Assembly (NCBI GenBank): GCA_965277405.1
Contig: OZ255726.1
Span: 2,016,001-2,080,000 of the forward strand
Reading direction: 5' to 3'
Origin: Gammaproteobacteria bacterium
GTDB taxonomy: Bacteria; Pseudomonadota; Gammaproteobacteria; G965277405
Length of the DNA: 64,000 nucleotides
The position numbers were made by a program, and so were the translations under genes. The notes beneath the pieces are model-generated. The model did no database searches. It was not told where the DNA came from and saw only the letters and a program-made list of their open reading frames with translations. Shown here piece by piece: positions 1 to 10,235 of the stretch; the stretch's first letter is position 1, and each line of letters opens with the position of its first letter.

Positions 1-2
1 TC

Positions 3-716
3 GGTATTAGTATTCCAGCAATTTTATTAATTGCCGGGTATACATTGCATAAATGGTGCGATGGAGCATTGTTTTGCTCAGTATTTCAAGGAGGAGTGCG
101 CTTTAATAATTACATTTTTCTTGCGGTTGTTCAAGGGTTGTTTGGGATGAAAGGCTTGGCATATGGGTCGATGATTGCTGGGGTTATTATAGTTATTATT
201 AATTTATTGTGCATATTTGTCTTTGCAAAATGGGGGCGTGGTGTGCAGAAAGGGGCGTTGGCAATATGTAAAGATATGGTGACGAACCCGCTGATTATTG
301 GTTGTGGCATCGGCTGGTTTTTAAGTGTGGCTGGGCTGCGCTTGCATGGTGTTGCTGGGGATACGCTGACGATTATTAGCAATGCAGCGTTGCCGTTGGG
401 GCTGCTTGCCGTTGGTGCGGCACTGCAAGTGCGAGCAATGTTCAAACACATGCTCCCCACAGGGATAACAACGATATTTCAATTTGTATTGAAGCCGTGC
501 ATTGTCGCTTCATGCGTTGCGTTGACGGGATTATCTGGAGTAGCGGCAGGGGTCTTATTGATTGCGTTTATGGTGCCGACTGCGCCGTCTGCATATATTT
601 TGGCACGCCAATTGGGTGGAGACAGCCAAGCGATGGCGTCGATTATTACTTTTCAGACGGCGTTGGCGTTCGTTGCAATGCCGCTAATTGGGGTATTGGT
701 ACTGGGAAATAACTAG
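3..716 (+). CDS. AEC (auxin efflux carrier) family transporter, 5' end outside window
   Basis: Frame open from window start; hydrophobic protein with RFNNYI, NPLII, AALPLGLLAVGA and PTAPSAYILARQLGGD motifs typical of AEC permeases. Confidence 0.85.
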   Translation, partial: GISIPAILLIAGYTLHKWCDGALFCSVFQGGVRFNNYIFLAVVQGLFGMKGLAYGSMIAGVIIVIINLLCIFVFAKWGRGVQKGALAICKDMVTNPLIIGCGIGWFLSVAGLRLHGVAGDTLTIISNAALPLGLLAVGAALQVRAMFKHMLPTGITTIFQFVLKPCIVASCVALTGLSGVAAGVLLIAFMVPTAPSAYILARQLGGDSQAMASIITFQTALAFVAMPLIGVLVLGNN

Positions 717-1039
717 CCGCGTGTAGATGAAGGCTGTAGTGGCGGGTGCAATCCTGAAATTGCTGTTGCCAAATCAAAATCTCGTTGTGAAATTCCAGCG
801 CATGCATGGGTGATGAGGCAAATTGTGACTTGGTTATAGATGTTCGACCATTCAGGGTGATGATTAGCTCGTTCTGCCAACAACGCGACTTGGGACATAA
901 ACCCAAAAGCCGAGATAAAATCAACAAAGGTAAACGTCCTGCACAGTTTGTCATTGACAACAGTCCATGGCATGGGGCAGGCGTTATTGAGAATGGCGAG
1001 TTCAGCCGATATTGTATGTTGTGTGAATGGTTTATCCAT
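713..1039 (-). CDS. phhB: 4a-hydroxytetrahydrobiopterin (pterin-4a-carbinolamine) dehydratase
   Basis: F.F.DF..AFGFM..VA..AE..NHHPEWSNIYN.V.I.L.TH...GIS..DF.LA signature. Confidence 0.9.
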   Translation of the reverse strand: MDKPFTQHTISAELAILNNACPMPWTVVNDKLCRTFTFVDFISAFGFMSQVALLAERANHHPEWSNIYNQVTICLITHACAGISQRDFDLATAISGLHPPLQPSSTRG

Positions 1040-1213
1040 CGGTATTCTCTGCTATTTCTTTGGACTGTGCAGCGACAATTGTCTGGTCGATACGTAAAAC
1101 GCCGTGGTTGTCGCGGTGTTCGCAGGACACGCTAGGCGCAACTATAATCCCCTGTATAGTTTTATCAACATGGTTTTGTTGTGGTAGGACTGTGTTCCTT
1201 AGTATCAAGTTGG

Positions 1214-1900
1214 CTAGTCGTCTTCCGTGCTGCCTAGCTTGAGTAGCGTTGCATTGCCGCCAATGGCGGTGGTGTTGGTAGAAACCGTACGCTCGGTGAC
1301 AAAGCGCAATATATAGCGTGGTTGCATAATACTGCTGAATGCTACGTTATCGGTTTCTGCTACCAATTGGCAGATAAGCCCACTTTTTGCAGCGAGCTGT
1401 TGGTTGAGTGTTTGTGCGTGTTGCGCATCACATACAATAGCAATACCTGCCAACTGATCGGCTGCTACGAGCGCATCTTGTGCTGATGCTGCGATGTTTT
1501 GTATTACTCCCTCTGCAACAAATGGTGTGATAGCATCCATAATTTGCCGTCCCGTTTCTCCAACAGTAATTACTGGATTTCCCGCAATCAAAGCGGCAAA
1601 AATCTGACCGACCAACCCTATTTTTGCTGTGTCGTTCTCGATGGATGAGGTGCAGAGGAAAGGGCCACGACCGTGGCTAGACAATTCATTGCATTCCCCT
1701 GTTGGCCCAGGCATAACAACTGTTGTTGATATTTCTTGTTTGGCATTATCAAGCTGCCAAACTGCCATTTTTGCTTGTTCATCCTCCAAAGAAGCCAGAG
1801 CTGGTGCGAGGTATTCATAACGTCGATGGACACCGAGCATCTCCCAAGCTGCGAATGCCTGTTGCGCGGCGTGAACTTGCAGATGTTGGATGATTGTCAT
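1214..1900 (-). CDS. Stand-alone PutA C-terminal ALDH-like domain protein (usually annotated P5C dehydrogenase)
   Basis: MPGPTGE.NEL...GRG and ERTVSTNTTAIGGNATLL match the PutA C-terminal domain; start overlaps the putA stop. Confidence 0.8.
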   Translation of the reverse strand: MTIIQHLQVHAAQQAFAAWEMLGVHRRYEYLAPALASLEDEQAKMAVWQLDNAKQEISTTVVMPGPTGECNELSSHGRGPFLCTSSIENDTAKIGLVGQIFAALIAGNPVITVGETGRQIMDAITPFVAEGVIQNIAASAQDALVAADQLAGIAIVCDAQHAQTLNQQLAAKSGLICQLVAETDNVAFSSIMQPRYILRFVTERTVSTNTTAIGGNATLLKLGSTEDD

Positions 1901-4900
1901 TATATGGACTCCTTTATATGGCGTTGTGCAATAGCAAAGCGTTGCAGGTAATGTGGACCTCCTGCCTTGGGACCAGTACCCGATAACCCTTGCCCACCAA
2001 AAGGTTGTACCCCAACAACAGCACCGATTTGGTCACGGTTGATGTATACGTTGCCAACGCGAGCGCGGTTGGCGATGCGGGTGCAAGTGGTTTCATTGCG
2101 GCTGTGAACCCCAAGAGTAAGGCCGAAACCAGAGTGGTTGATGGTGTCGATTATTTTGTCTAAATCACTAGCTTGGTAGCGGATGACGTGGAGGATAGGA
2201 CCAAATTTTTCATCGGTAAGCTGATCGATGCTAGAAATTTCAAACGCCGCAGGCGCAACATACGACCCTTTGTCTGCAAACGTTGGTAGCGCAGCTTGGG
2301 CGATCAGTTTGCCGGTTATTTTTATAGCTTCGATGTGTTCAAGCAACACGTCTTGAGCTTGTGTATTGACGACTGGACCGATGTCTGTGCTGCGCAGGTA
2401 GGGCAGGCCAACGGTTTGTTGCTCGATTGCCCCTTTCAGCATCTCTATAACCTGATCAGCAATGTCTTGTTGTATGAACATTACGCGCAGTGCTGAGCAA
2501 CGTTGCCCTGCTGAAGCGAAGGCTGAGCGCACGGCGTCACGCACGACTTGCTCAGGCAAAGACGTCGAATCAACCAACATGGCGTTTTGACCGCCAGTTT
2601 CTGCAATAACAGGAACTGGAGCAACTTTACGCGCGGCGAGTGCTTGGTTGATCAATTGTGCTGTCGCCAGCGATCCGGTGAAGGCAAGCCCTGCTATCCG
2701 TGCGTCGCTGGTAAGTGGTGGACCAATCGTTCGCCCATTACCTAGTACTAGGTGGAGAACGTCAGTTGGAACCAAGGCTTGGTGCAGCAATTCCACCGCG
2801 CGCAGCGCGATCAGGCTGGTTGGTTCAGCTGGTTTAGCAACCACTGTGTTGCCAACCACTAGCGCAGCAACGACTTGACCGACAAATATCGCTAGTGGAA
2901 AATTCCAAGGACTGATGCAGGCAAATACCCCGCGTCCTTGTAGCTGAATATTTTGCGTGTGTCCTTGGTAATCTGTGAACAATATCGGTGTTGAAAAATT
3001 ACTCCGTGCTTGTTGCGCATAGTAGCGACAAAAATCGACAGCTTCTCGTACTTCATCAATACTATCTTGGATGGTCTTGCCCGCTTCACGATGACAAAGT
3101 GCCACTAATTCATGGTAGTTTTCTTCCAACAAATCGGCCATACGATCTAGGCAAGCAGCACGCTCTGAGGTAGGGCGTGCAGACCACGTTGGGAAAGCAG
3201 TTGCAGCAAGATCAATCGCTTTGGTCACGGTTGCCGCACTTGCCCAATCGATTTTGCCAGCAGACTGGCTGTGATCATACGGGCTGAGCACTGTGTGCGT
3301 GTTGGCGCTTGCAACCTTGTTGCCGCCGACGATAGGGTAGCCGCGCCATTGGGTATGTTGTCCCATATAAGCGTCGATTTTTTGCTTGAATGGAATCCAG
3401 TCAGATGCGATGTTGATGTTCGGAGCGTAAGAATTTTTGCGGTCTGCAAACATAGCTGATGCTAGCTTGATGTGTGGATTTGCCAACGATTTACGGCTGT
3501 TCAAGGTGGTGGCAGGGTGGGTAACCAATGTGTCGATTGTGCAGCGAGCATCGATCAGTCGGTGGACAAAAGAGCTGTTTGCTCCGTTTTCGAGTAGACG
3601 GCGAACGAGGTAGGGCAGCAAATCTTTGTGGTTTCCCACTGGTGCGTAAATCCGCACACAGACGTCTTTTTCATTGATTATGGTGTTGTAGAGCGCGTCT
3701 CCCATCCCGTGTAACCGTTGGAATTCGAATGCCTGTGTTGTAGCCCCAAGTTGGCTTGCTAGGCAAGTGATGGTGGCAATGGTGTGGGCATTGTGACTGG
3801 CAAATTGTGGAAAAACATGAGTACGAATATGTGCGCTTAATAGAAAACGGGCACAGGCTAAATAGGAAACATCGGTAGACTCTTTGCGCGTATACACCGG
3901 ATAGCCATCGATGCCGCGCTGTTGGCAAAGTTTGATTTCGGCGTCCCAGTACGCTCCTTTTACTAGGCGAACAGGAATACGATCGCCTTGCTTTTTTGCT
4001 AAGGCGGCAAGCCACACCAGCGCAGGGAGCGCGCGTTTTGAGTAGGCTTGGATGGCAACACCAAACAACCCCCAACCACGGATGGCTTCATCGTGGTAAA
4101 GTTTTTCGAATAGCTGCAGGGAAAGTTCGAGACGGTCTGCTTCTTCAGCATCGATGGTAATCCCAACATTCAATACGCGTGCTTTGATGATCAGGTCTTT
4201 AACGCTTGCGAAAAGTTCGGTCATGACACGTGCTTTACAGCTGACTTCATAGCGTGGATGTAATGCGGAGAGCTTGATAGAAATCGTGGGGCGTTGACCG
4301 TTGTTAGCGTCGTTGCCAACCGCTGCGACCGCTTGCTGGTAGGATTGTAGGTACTGGTTGGCGTCAGCGGCGGTTAATGCCGCTTCACCGAGCATGTCGA
4401 AAGAGTAGGTATAGCCTTTTTCACGGTAGCTTTTGCCACGGGAAAGGGCTTCTTTCATATTACGCCCGAGTACGAATTGATGCCCAATAACTTTCATCGC
4501 TTGGTTCATCGCTTGGCGAATCACAGGCTCAGAAACACGGGCTACCATCTGGTTGATAAGGTTGGCGGGGCTACCATCTTGATTTTCATTCATCGTGACG
4601 ATTTTCCCAGTCAGCAATAGTCCCCAAGTGGCGGCGTTGACAAAGAAAGAATCGGAATTTTTTGCGTGAGATGCCCAGTCGGCAACGCTCAAACGGTCTT
4701 TAATGAAGGCATCAGCTGTCGCTTTATCTGGGACGCGCATTAAGGCCTCAGCTAAGCACATCAGCAAAATGCCTTCTTTGTTATCGAGGCTGTATTCAAG
4801 CAATAAAGTATCAATCATTGAGATGCTGTCGTCGGTTTGACGCACTTGTTGAATGAGTTGTGTCGCGGCTGCGGTGCAGGTTTTTAGTTCAGCATCAGTT

Positions 4901-5034
4901 GGCGTGGCTAATGGGAGTAACTCGTGTAGCCATGCTTCTTCATTGGCATGATACAGAGGGGAAATCAGCTGCCATAATTCGTTGATTGGGCGCTGAATAA
5001 AATCGGGGTGTAACACTTTGATTGCTGTAAACAT
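1900..5034 (-). CDS. putA: Bifunctional proline dehydrogenase / P5C dehydrogenase
   Basis: SFDMLGEAA, SIKLSALHPRY, VRLVKGAYWD, YLVRRLLENGANSSF, AETGGQNA, SAGQRCSALR; probable start MFTAIK at 5034 behind AAGGAG (ORF extends to 5097). Confidence 0.97.
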   Translation of the reverse strand: MFTAIKVLHPDFIQRPINELWQLISPLYHANEEAWLHELLPLATPTDAELKTCTAAATQLIQQVRQTDDSISMIDTLLLEYSLDNKEGILLMCLAEALMRVPDKATADAFIKDRLSVADWASHAKNSDSFFVNAATWGLLLTGKIVTMNENQDGSPANLINQMVARVSEPVIRQAMNQAMKVIGHQFVLGRNMKEALSRGKSYREKGYTYSFDMLGEAALTAADANQYLQSYQQAVAAVGNDANNGQRPTISIKLSALHPRYEVSCKARVMTELFASVKDLIIKARVLNVGITIDAEEADRLELSLQLFEKLYHDEAIRGWGLFGVAIQAYSKRALPALVWLAALAKKQGDRIPVRLVKGAYWDAEIKLCQQRGIDGYPVYTRKESTDVSYLACARFLLSAHIRTHVFPQFASHNAHTIATITCLASQLGATTQAFEFQRLHGMGDALYNTIINEKDVCVRIYAPVGNHKDLLPYLVRRLLENGANSSFVHRLIDARCTIDTLVTHPATTLNSRKSLANPHIKLASAMFADRKNSYAPNINIASDWIPFKQKIDAYMGQHTQWRGYPIVGGNKVASANTHTVLSPYDHSQSAGKIDWASAATVTKAIDLAATAFPTWSARPTSERAACLDRMADLLEENYHELVALCHREAGKTIQDSIDEVREAVDFCRYYAQQARSNFSTPILFTDYQGHTQNIQLQGRGVFACISPWNFPLAIFVGQVVAALVVGNTVVAKPAEPTSLIALRAVELLHQALVPTDVLHLVLGNGRTIGPPLTSDARIAGLAFTGSLATAQLINQALAARKVAPVPVIAETGGQNAMLVDSTSLPEQVVRDAVRSAFASAGQRCSALRVMFIQQDIADQVIEMLKGAIEQQTVGLPYLRSTDIGPVVNTQAQDVLLEHIEAIKITGKLIAQAALPTFADKGSYVAPAAFEISSIDQLTDEKFGPILHVIRYQASDLDKIIDTINHSGFGLTLGVHSRNETTCTRIANRARVGNVYINRDQIGAVVGVQPFGGQGLSGTGPKAGGPHYLQRFAIAQRHIKESI

Positions 5035-5158
5035 CGTCGGGCTCTCCTTCAAGTTGACTGTCGTAACGTCTGTTGCTACATCTTCCATGATAATCATGGC
5101 GGCGTGCTCTTTGTTGTGTGCTGGTAGCAGGGTTTGCGTATCGTCTTTTAACCGCTAC

Positions 5159-5197
5159 AATCCATCAGCAAATCCATCAGCAAATCCATCAGCAAAT
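5159..5197. repeat. Tandem 12-bp repeat AATCCATCAGCA x3
   Basis: Read directly. Confidence 0.9.
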
Positions 5198-5559
5198 TGC
5201 GGATAAACTTGGATACGTGTATACCCACTAACCGCTGCAAACGCAGACCAATACTGGACAACACATTCCAATATTGTGCTTCATTCACGGTCTTTGCACG
5301 GTCTTTGCTAAGCGACCAAAACAACGTGTGTTGTTATCCTGTTGCAAACCCATAAACGGTAAGTCGTATTTTTTAAAAAGCAATTGAAAACGCGAGGTTA
5401 AGTTGAGGTATCGGCAGAAAAATTTCATCATTGAGGACACTATGCGGCAATAATTTTCTGCCCTGTTGATATTGCGGCAAGCCCGCTACATCCTGTGCAT
5501 AGGGTATATCTAAATGTAGGCTACAACGCACAAGGGAAACGATACGACGCCAGCGCGTT

Positions 5560-5576
5560 ACTTAATCAGAGGTTCC
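5560..5576 (+). repeat. Solitary IS5/MITE-type terminal inverted repeat
   Basis: ACTTAATCAGAGGTTCC is identical to the MITE end at 13303-13319; no partner end seen. Confidence 0.7.
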
Positions 5577-5614
5577 CCGTTGCACCCAGCAATACCGCGC
5601 CAACACCCGCGGGT

Positions 5615-5633
5615 AATAATAAGAATTATTAGC
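5615..5633 (+). promoter_or_regulatory. Fur box
   Basis: AATAATAAGAATTATTAGC matches GATAATGATAATCATTATC at 14/19, about 70 bp upstream of a TonB-dependent receptor. Confidence 0.7.
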
Positions 5634-5703
5634 ATTTAGTTATTGCTTTAATTTCTAATCGACTGTAGCGTATGCGGGTTTTAGCAATATAGGCAGGAAA
5701 ACC

Positions 5704-8700
5704 ATGCAGATCAACAACCCAGCCTCCGCTAATTATACCCGCCAGCAGCATGCTAATGCTCGCTGTGGTATGGTGAATGCAGTGGTGTTTAGCAGCGTGG
5801 TATTGAGAACCGTGGTAATGCGTGCAGTGGTTTTGAGCACCATGATATTGCTGGCTGCTAGCGTAGCGCGTGCAGCGGATACTACAGCGCATTATGCCAT
5901 CAAGCCAGGTCCGCTCGCCACAGTGCTGGCGGCGTTCGCTAGCGCGGCAGATATTGGCGTTGATATTGACCACTCGCTCACGGACGGCAAGCACAGCCAG
6001 GGTCTCCAAGGTGAGTATGCGCTAACCGCCGCCTTAACGTATATTTTGCGCGGTAGCGGGCTGGCAGCGCAGCAACTCGCAAACTCACGTTATGTTATTA
6101 TTGCTGCCGCTATTGACTCGGCAACAACGAATACGCCGAATACGCTTGCCATCCCCACCCTCACCATTGAAGATGCGGGGGTATCAGGCTACCTGCGTGA
6201 TGAACAAGGCTACGACGCAGTCTACGATAACAACGCTTCCACCGTGTACATGGGTAGGGCAGCAGTCCGCCGCAACGCTGGCACCAACCCTGCCGATTTA
6301 TTGCAGGGGATGGCTGGGGTATTTAGCGGCGATGCGCGCAATAGCGGGTCGATCGATGTCAATATTCGCGGGGTGCAGGGTCCCGGGCGGGTGCCAGTGA
6401 TTATCGACGGCACCGAGCAGGCAATCACCGTCTACCGCGGCTATAACGGCGTGAGTAACCGCAATTATATCGACCCGAACCTGATCAGTTCGGTGCGCAT
6501 CCATAAAGGTGCGAGTAACGCCCGCGATGTCAATAGCGGCATCGGGGGGGCGCTGGAACTAACCACGCTGATCCCCGCCGATATTATTGCAGAAGGCGCC
6601 GACTCTGGGCTAGAATTAACAATAACCAGCGGCGGCAATTCGGTCTCCCCGCGACTGCCGCGGCTGCATACTGGCGAATTAGCCGCAACCGTGAAAGGGT
6701 TTCCTGCCGATACGGGTGCTGGATTCAAGAACGTCGATAAAACACTACGGTTAACAACCCTCAACTCAAAATCACTCGCCGATGAAATCCCGCTCGGCGG
6801 CAACGACTTTTCCTACCGCGTCGCCGTCGCCAACACCTCCGCGCGGTTCGACTTCCTCGCCGCGTACGCCTACCGCCGCCGCGGTAATTACTATGCGGGT
6901 AGCAACAACGCCGGCTACTATGATGAGCCTGGCTTTTATGATCACGCAGGCAATTATGGTATGAAACATTTCTTCAGATCAAAAACAACTCATAAAAAAA
7001 TTAAAGATAGGACGCGTGCCCTAACCACCTACTGGCCACAAGGCGACGAAGTCACCAATACCTCGAGCGAGATGGCGTCGTGGCTGTTAAAAAGCAGCTG
7101 GCGGGTTGACAATGCGCAAAAAATAGGGTTCAACTTCCGCCAATCCAATTTGCTAAACGGCGAGGTCATGCCGTCGGCGACCATTACTTCTAGCGATCTC
7201 AAGTACGGTCTTGTCCAGTGGCCGTTGAGCGAGGTTAGCGCGCGCGCGTATAACGTCGACTACCGCAATACGCCGAATGATAACCGCTGGCTTGACCTCC
7301 ACGCCAACCTCTGGCGCACGGATACGCTCGGACACACTTATACGCGAGGCAATCCAAACCAAATTGACAAAGCAAGCGGTCTTATCGTAAATACTGGGTT
7401 TGTTGATTCTAGCCATACCCGCGATGGCATCACCTTGAGCAATACCATCGACCTTTCCAGCGCATTAGTGCTAACCGTCGGCGCAAATTTTCAGCACGAA
7501 AAACTAGCAAGCCTAGATGGTAAATACTATAGTACTAGAATGGAACGAGGAGGGCGGCGGCAGGAATGGGGCGGCAATCTCAGCCTCGCCTGGCAGCCGA
7601 ACGAGGCCTTAAAATTTAGCGGCGGGGTGACGTATTCGGCGTATTGGAGCTTCGACGACCGCCTTAAATATGTCATCGATGCAGGCGGCGAAGTTCCAGA
7701 ATTAAAGCATATTGTAAATGAAAACGTTACCTATTGGTACACTACAGGTGGTCTGCAGATTCCAACCAAGCAGCGCAGACAGTTAATAGGAAAGGAACTT
7801 GTAATATTAAATGATGCTAACAAAAAAAATGAAGATGATTATAACCAAATGGTAAATCAATGCGAACAAATGAAAAAAGGTGCGCTTGCACGCTTTGCGC
7901 CACCAGAGTGCACGCGGAAATATCTGGGTAAAATTTTGACACCATACTACACCGCAGCAGAAATGGACTTTATTACAGCTAACCGCGATAGTGCTGAAGC
8001 GATAGAAGCAGTACAACTAAAATTTGGCATCCCTATCAAATCTGAGCATCATAATGACCCAATCACCTTGCAGACGGATGTAGCTGGCGAGTATTCGTTT
8101 GCTGACAACCCGTGCTTTAATGGTGAGGTAGAACGGGCAATAGCAGACACAACAGGTAATGATAAGTCAGCGAAAATAACTCAGTGTACTATCAATACCA
8201 ACACAGATACCAGCGATGCCAAGGCGGAAAAGCTCCACGACGACGGCTGGGTGCCGCATCTTACCGCGAGTTATCAATTTACCCCGTATAGCCGCGGCTA
8301 CGTTAAATACAGCGAATTTCTCCGCTACCCGTCCATGTTCGAAAGCACTTGGGGGTTCTCTGCCGCGCTCGGCCCGTATGGACTCGACCCCGAGCACGCG
8401 TATAATTGGGAAATAAGCTATGTCCACGACCTAACCCAATGGCTGACTACCGCTGAATACGCTGACGTCAAACTCGCGTACTACGACCACTTAACCAAGG
8501 GCGTTATTGACCGCGGTGTTTCACTGTATTCTACTAATTTGGACGAAAAAAAGGTCCGCGGGGTAGAATTAACCATGCGCTACGACGGCGGTCGCTTGTT
8601 TAGCAATATTGCTGTCAACTACGTGTTGCAAAACCACGTCTGTGACGAAAGCTCCGCCGCATATAAATCGAGCGTGGAATATCGCTTGCCCACCTGCTTT

Positions 8701-9075
8701 GCATTCGGTATACCCAGTAGGGGGCGTCAACTCGCGCAAGCCACCCCTAAATTATCGGCGGATTGGGCGTTCGGCGGCCGGCTGCTCGACCGCCGGCTAG
8801 AGATAGGCAGCCGGGTGAAGTATTATACCCGCGACGCCAACGCTGACCTTGACGAGTATGCGACTTATTCCTCCACCTCTTTGTTAGTACGATCTTTTGG
8901 CTGGGGTAATACCCTGCTCGTTGACGCCTACGCCAACTATACAATCGATTCGAGTATCGCTGTCGAATTCGCCGCTGCTAACCTAACCGACCAATACTAC
9001 CTCGACCCATTAACCCGTTCGCAGATGCCCGCACCCGGGCGGACGCTGAAACTGAATTTGACCGCGCGGTTGTAA
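5704..9075 (+). CDS. TonB-dependent receptor with N-terminal STN domain, probably heme/hemophore receptor
   Basis: STN-like segment (YAIKPGPLATVLAAFA...GLQGEY), plug motif NIRGVQGPGRVPVIIDG, RYPSMFE, C-terminal NLTDQYYLDPL...PAPGRT; exact start uncertain. Confidence 0.9.
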   Translation: MQINNPASANYTRQQHANARCGMVNAVVFSSVVLRTVVMRAVVLSTMILLAASVARAADTTAHYAIKPGPLATVLAAFASAADIGVDIDHSLTDGKHSQGLQGEYALTAALTYILRGSGLAAQQLANSRYVIIAAAIDSATTNTPNTLAIPTLTIEDAGVSGYLRDEQGYDAVYDNNASTVYMGRAAVRRNAGTNPADLLQGMAGVFSGDARNSGSIDVNIRGVQGPGRVPVIIDGTEQAITVYRGYNGVSNRNYIDPNLISSVRIHKGASNARDVNSGIGGALELTTLIPADIIAEGADSGLELTITSGGNSVSPRLPRLHTGELAATVKGFPADTGAGFKNVDKTLRLTTLNSKSLADEIPLGGNDFSYRVAVANTSARFDFLAAYAYRRRGNYYAGSNNAGYYDEPGFYDHAGNYGMKHFFRSKTTHKKIKDRTRALTTYWPQGDEVTNTSSEMASWLLKSSWRVDNAQKIGFNFRQSNLLNGEVMPSATITSSDLKYGLVQWPLSEVSARAYNVDYRNTPNDNRWLDLHANLWRTDTLGHTYTRGNPNQIDKASGLIVNTGFVDSSHTRDGITLSNTIDLSSALVLTVGANFQHEKLASLDGKYYSTRMERGGRRQEWGGNLSLAWQPNEALKFSGGVTYSAYWSFDDRLKYVIDAGGEVPELKHIVNENVTYWYTTGGLQIPTKQRRQLIGKELVILNDANKKNEDDYNQMVNQCEQMKKGALARFAPPECTRKYLGKILTPYYTAAEMDFITANRDSAEAIEAVQLKFGIPIKSEHHNDPITLQTDVAGEYSFADNPCFNGEVERAIADTTGNDKSAKITQCTINTNTDTSDAKAEKLHDDGWVPHLTASYQFTPYSRGYVKYSEFLRYPSMFESTWGFSAALGPYGLDPEHAYNWEISYVHDLTQWLTTAEYADVKLAYYDHLTKGVIDRGVSLYSTNLDEKKVRGVELTMRYDGGRLFSNIAVNYVLQNHVCDESSAAYKSSVEYRLPTCFAFGIPSRGRQLAQATPKLSADWAFGGRLLDRRLEIGSRVKYYTRDANADLDEYATYSSTSLLVRSFGWGNTLLVDAYANYTIDSSIAVEFAAANLTDQYYLDPLTRSQMPAPGRTLKLNLTARL

Positions 9076-9163
9076 ACCGCGCAGTTAAAAACCCCGAAGC
9101 AACTGCTTCACCTGTGTTATTTTCGTTTTGGAAATAATAAATTGTAATACCTAGGAATTTTCT

Positions 9164-10021
9164 ATGAAAAAACTAAAATTATTAACCACCATCGCGCTAG
9201 TGACTGGTGCGCTCGCCGCGCCAGCCCACGCCGAAACCGAAACACAAGTCGTTGTATTTAACCTTGACGAAATACAAGGTGGTTCGTCGAATCGTGAGAA
9301 AGTGATTGTCGGCGAATCAAATGTAGACCGCCCGCCGTCTCATACTGTTGGGAAGGCGGGGATTGGCGCTGGATATGGTATGAAATCGCAATCCATGGTA
9401 GACTTTGCTGGGTTGGCAGACGCGGCACCCGCCGACGACAACGAGGTGCATTCGTTGAATTTCCCGTATGATGGTGCCCCGAAAACCCATGATGACTTTG
9501 GGGTATTCCACTTTGCGCAAGTAGGCGCAAACGACGTTTGGTTTGGCGAATGGTCACAAACTGCCGCCGTCAAGGACCAAACCAATACCGTGTACTACGT
9601 CGGAGATAATGCCGATGATAGGATAACAAGAACCGATAGTGCCGCTACTTACACGGTGACAGGTATCAATAACTACACAACAGCGGCTAACAACGGCCTA
9701 TCTGGTACTTTTACTGCTAATTTTAGGGTTTTAACCCTAACAGGGTCTATGCGTACTGCCAACTTACCTAGCGGCATATTAATAAATATTGGCACGGCGC
9801 ATATTAACCCCAAAAGCGCTTTGATTGCTACTAGCGCAAATGGCACAGACGCAGCATCCGTAAAGATCATTTTAGATGGAGCAATTTCACCATGGTTTGG
9901 TGATGCAAATGGCAGAGTTCTCGGGCAGTTCTACAACGGACAGGCTAACCTCGCTGGGATGGTTACCTTTGCAGATAATCCTGTATTCGATACAGCGTTT
10001 GGTGGTAGTAGAGATCAATAA
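9164..10021 (+). CDS. Secreted hemophilin-like / Slam (T11SS)-dependent protein
   Basis: Signal peptide ending AHA; H...G.FHFAQVG..DVWFGEWS, VYYVGD, ATYTVTGINNY and C-terminal GQFY...LAG...DTAFGG (TbpB-like barrel); directly follows the receptor. Confidence 0.75.
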   Translation: MKKLKLLTTIALVTGALAAPAHAETETQVVVFNLDEIQGGSSNREKVIVGESNVDRPPSHTVGKAGIGAGYGMKSQSMVDFAGLADAAPADDNEVHSLNFPYDGAPKTHDDFGVFHFAQVGANDVWFGEWSQTAAVKDQTNTVYYVGDNADDRITRTDSAATYTVTGINNYTTAANNGLSGTFTANFRVLTLTGSMRTANLPSGILINIGTAHINPKSALIATSANGTDAASVKIILDGAISPWFGDANGRVLGQFYNGQANLAGMVTFADNPVFDTAFGGSRDQ

Positions 10022-10044
10022 TCTTGTTTGTTATTATATTCAAC

Positions 10045-10076
10045 CCGCGCATGCAGGTGCATGCGCGGTTTTTTTT
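10045..10076 (+). terminator. Rho-independent terminator
   Basis: CCGCGCATGCA-GG-TGCATGCGCGG followed by T8. Confidence 0.75.
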
Positions 10077-10117
10077 ACTGTATTGTTTACTGCTGCTGCT
10101 GCTCCCATTCGCCACCG

Positions 10118-10171
10118 CAGCGAGCGTTTGAAATTATCGAATCTGTGTATCCAACGAATATCGGGTGACAT
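10118..10171 (-). pseudogene. N-terminal remnant of a second HI0074-family (HEPN) gene
   Basis: RBS GGAG then MSPDIRWIHRFDNFKRSL, the DIRW..RF.NF...L N-terminus of this family; similarity then stops. Confidence 0.6.
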
Positions 10172-10235
10172 CAGAATCTCCGTTATGTAAATGCTGGACG
10201 TAGTTCCTTAAAACTAATTGTTGGGGTACGGGCTA

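Noticed and set aside
5629-6009. His-rich repetitive ORF on the minus strand
   Set aside because: Antisense shadow of the 15-bp repeats in the receptor's signal region
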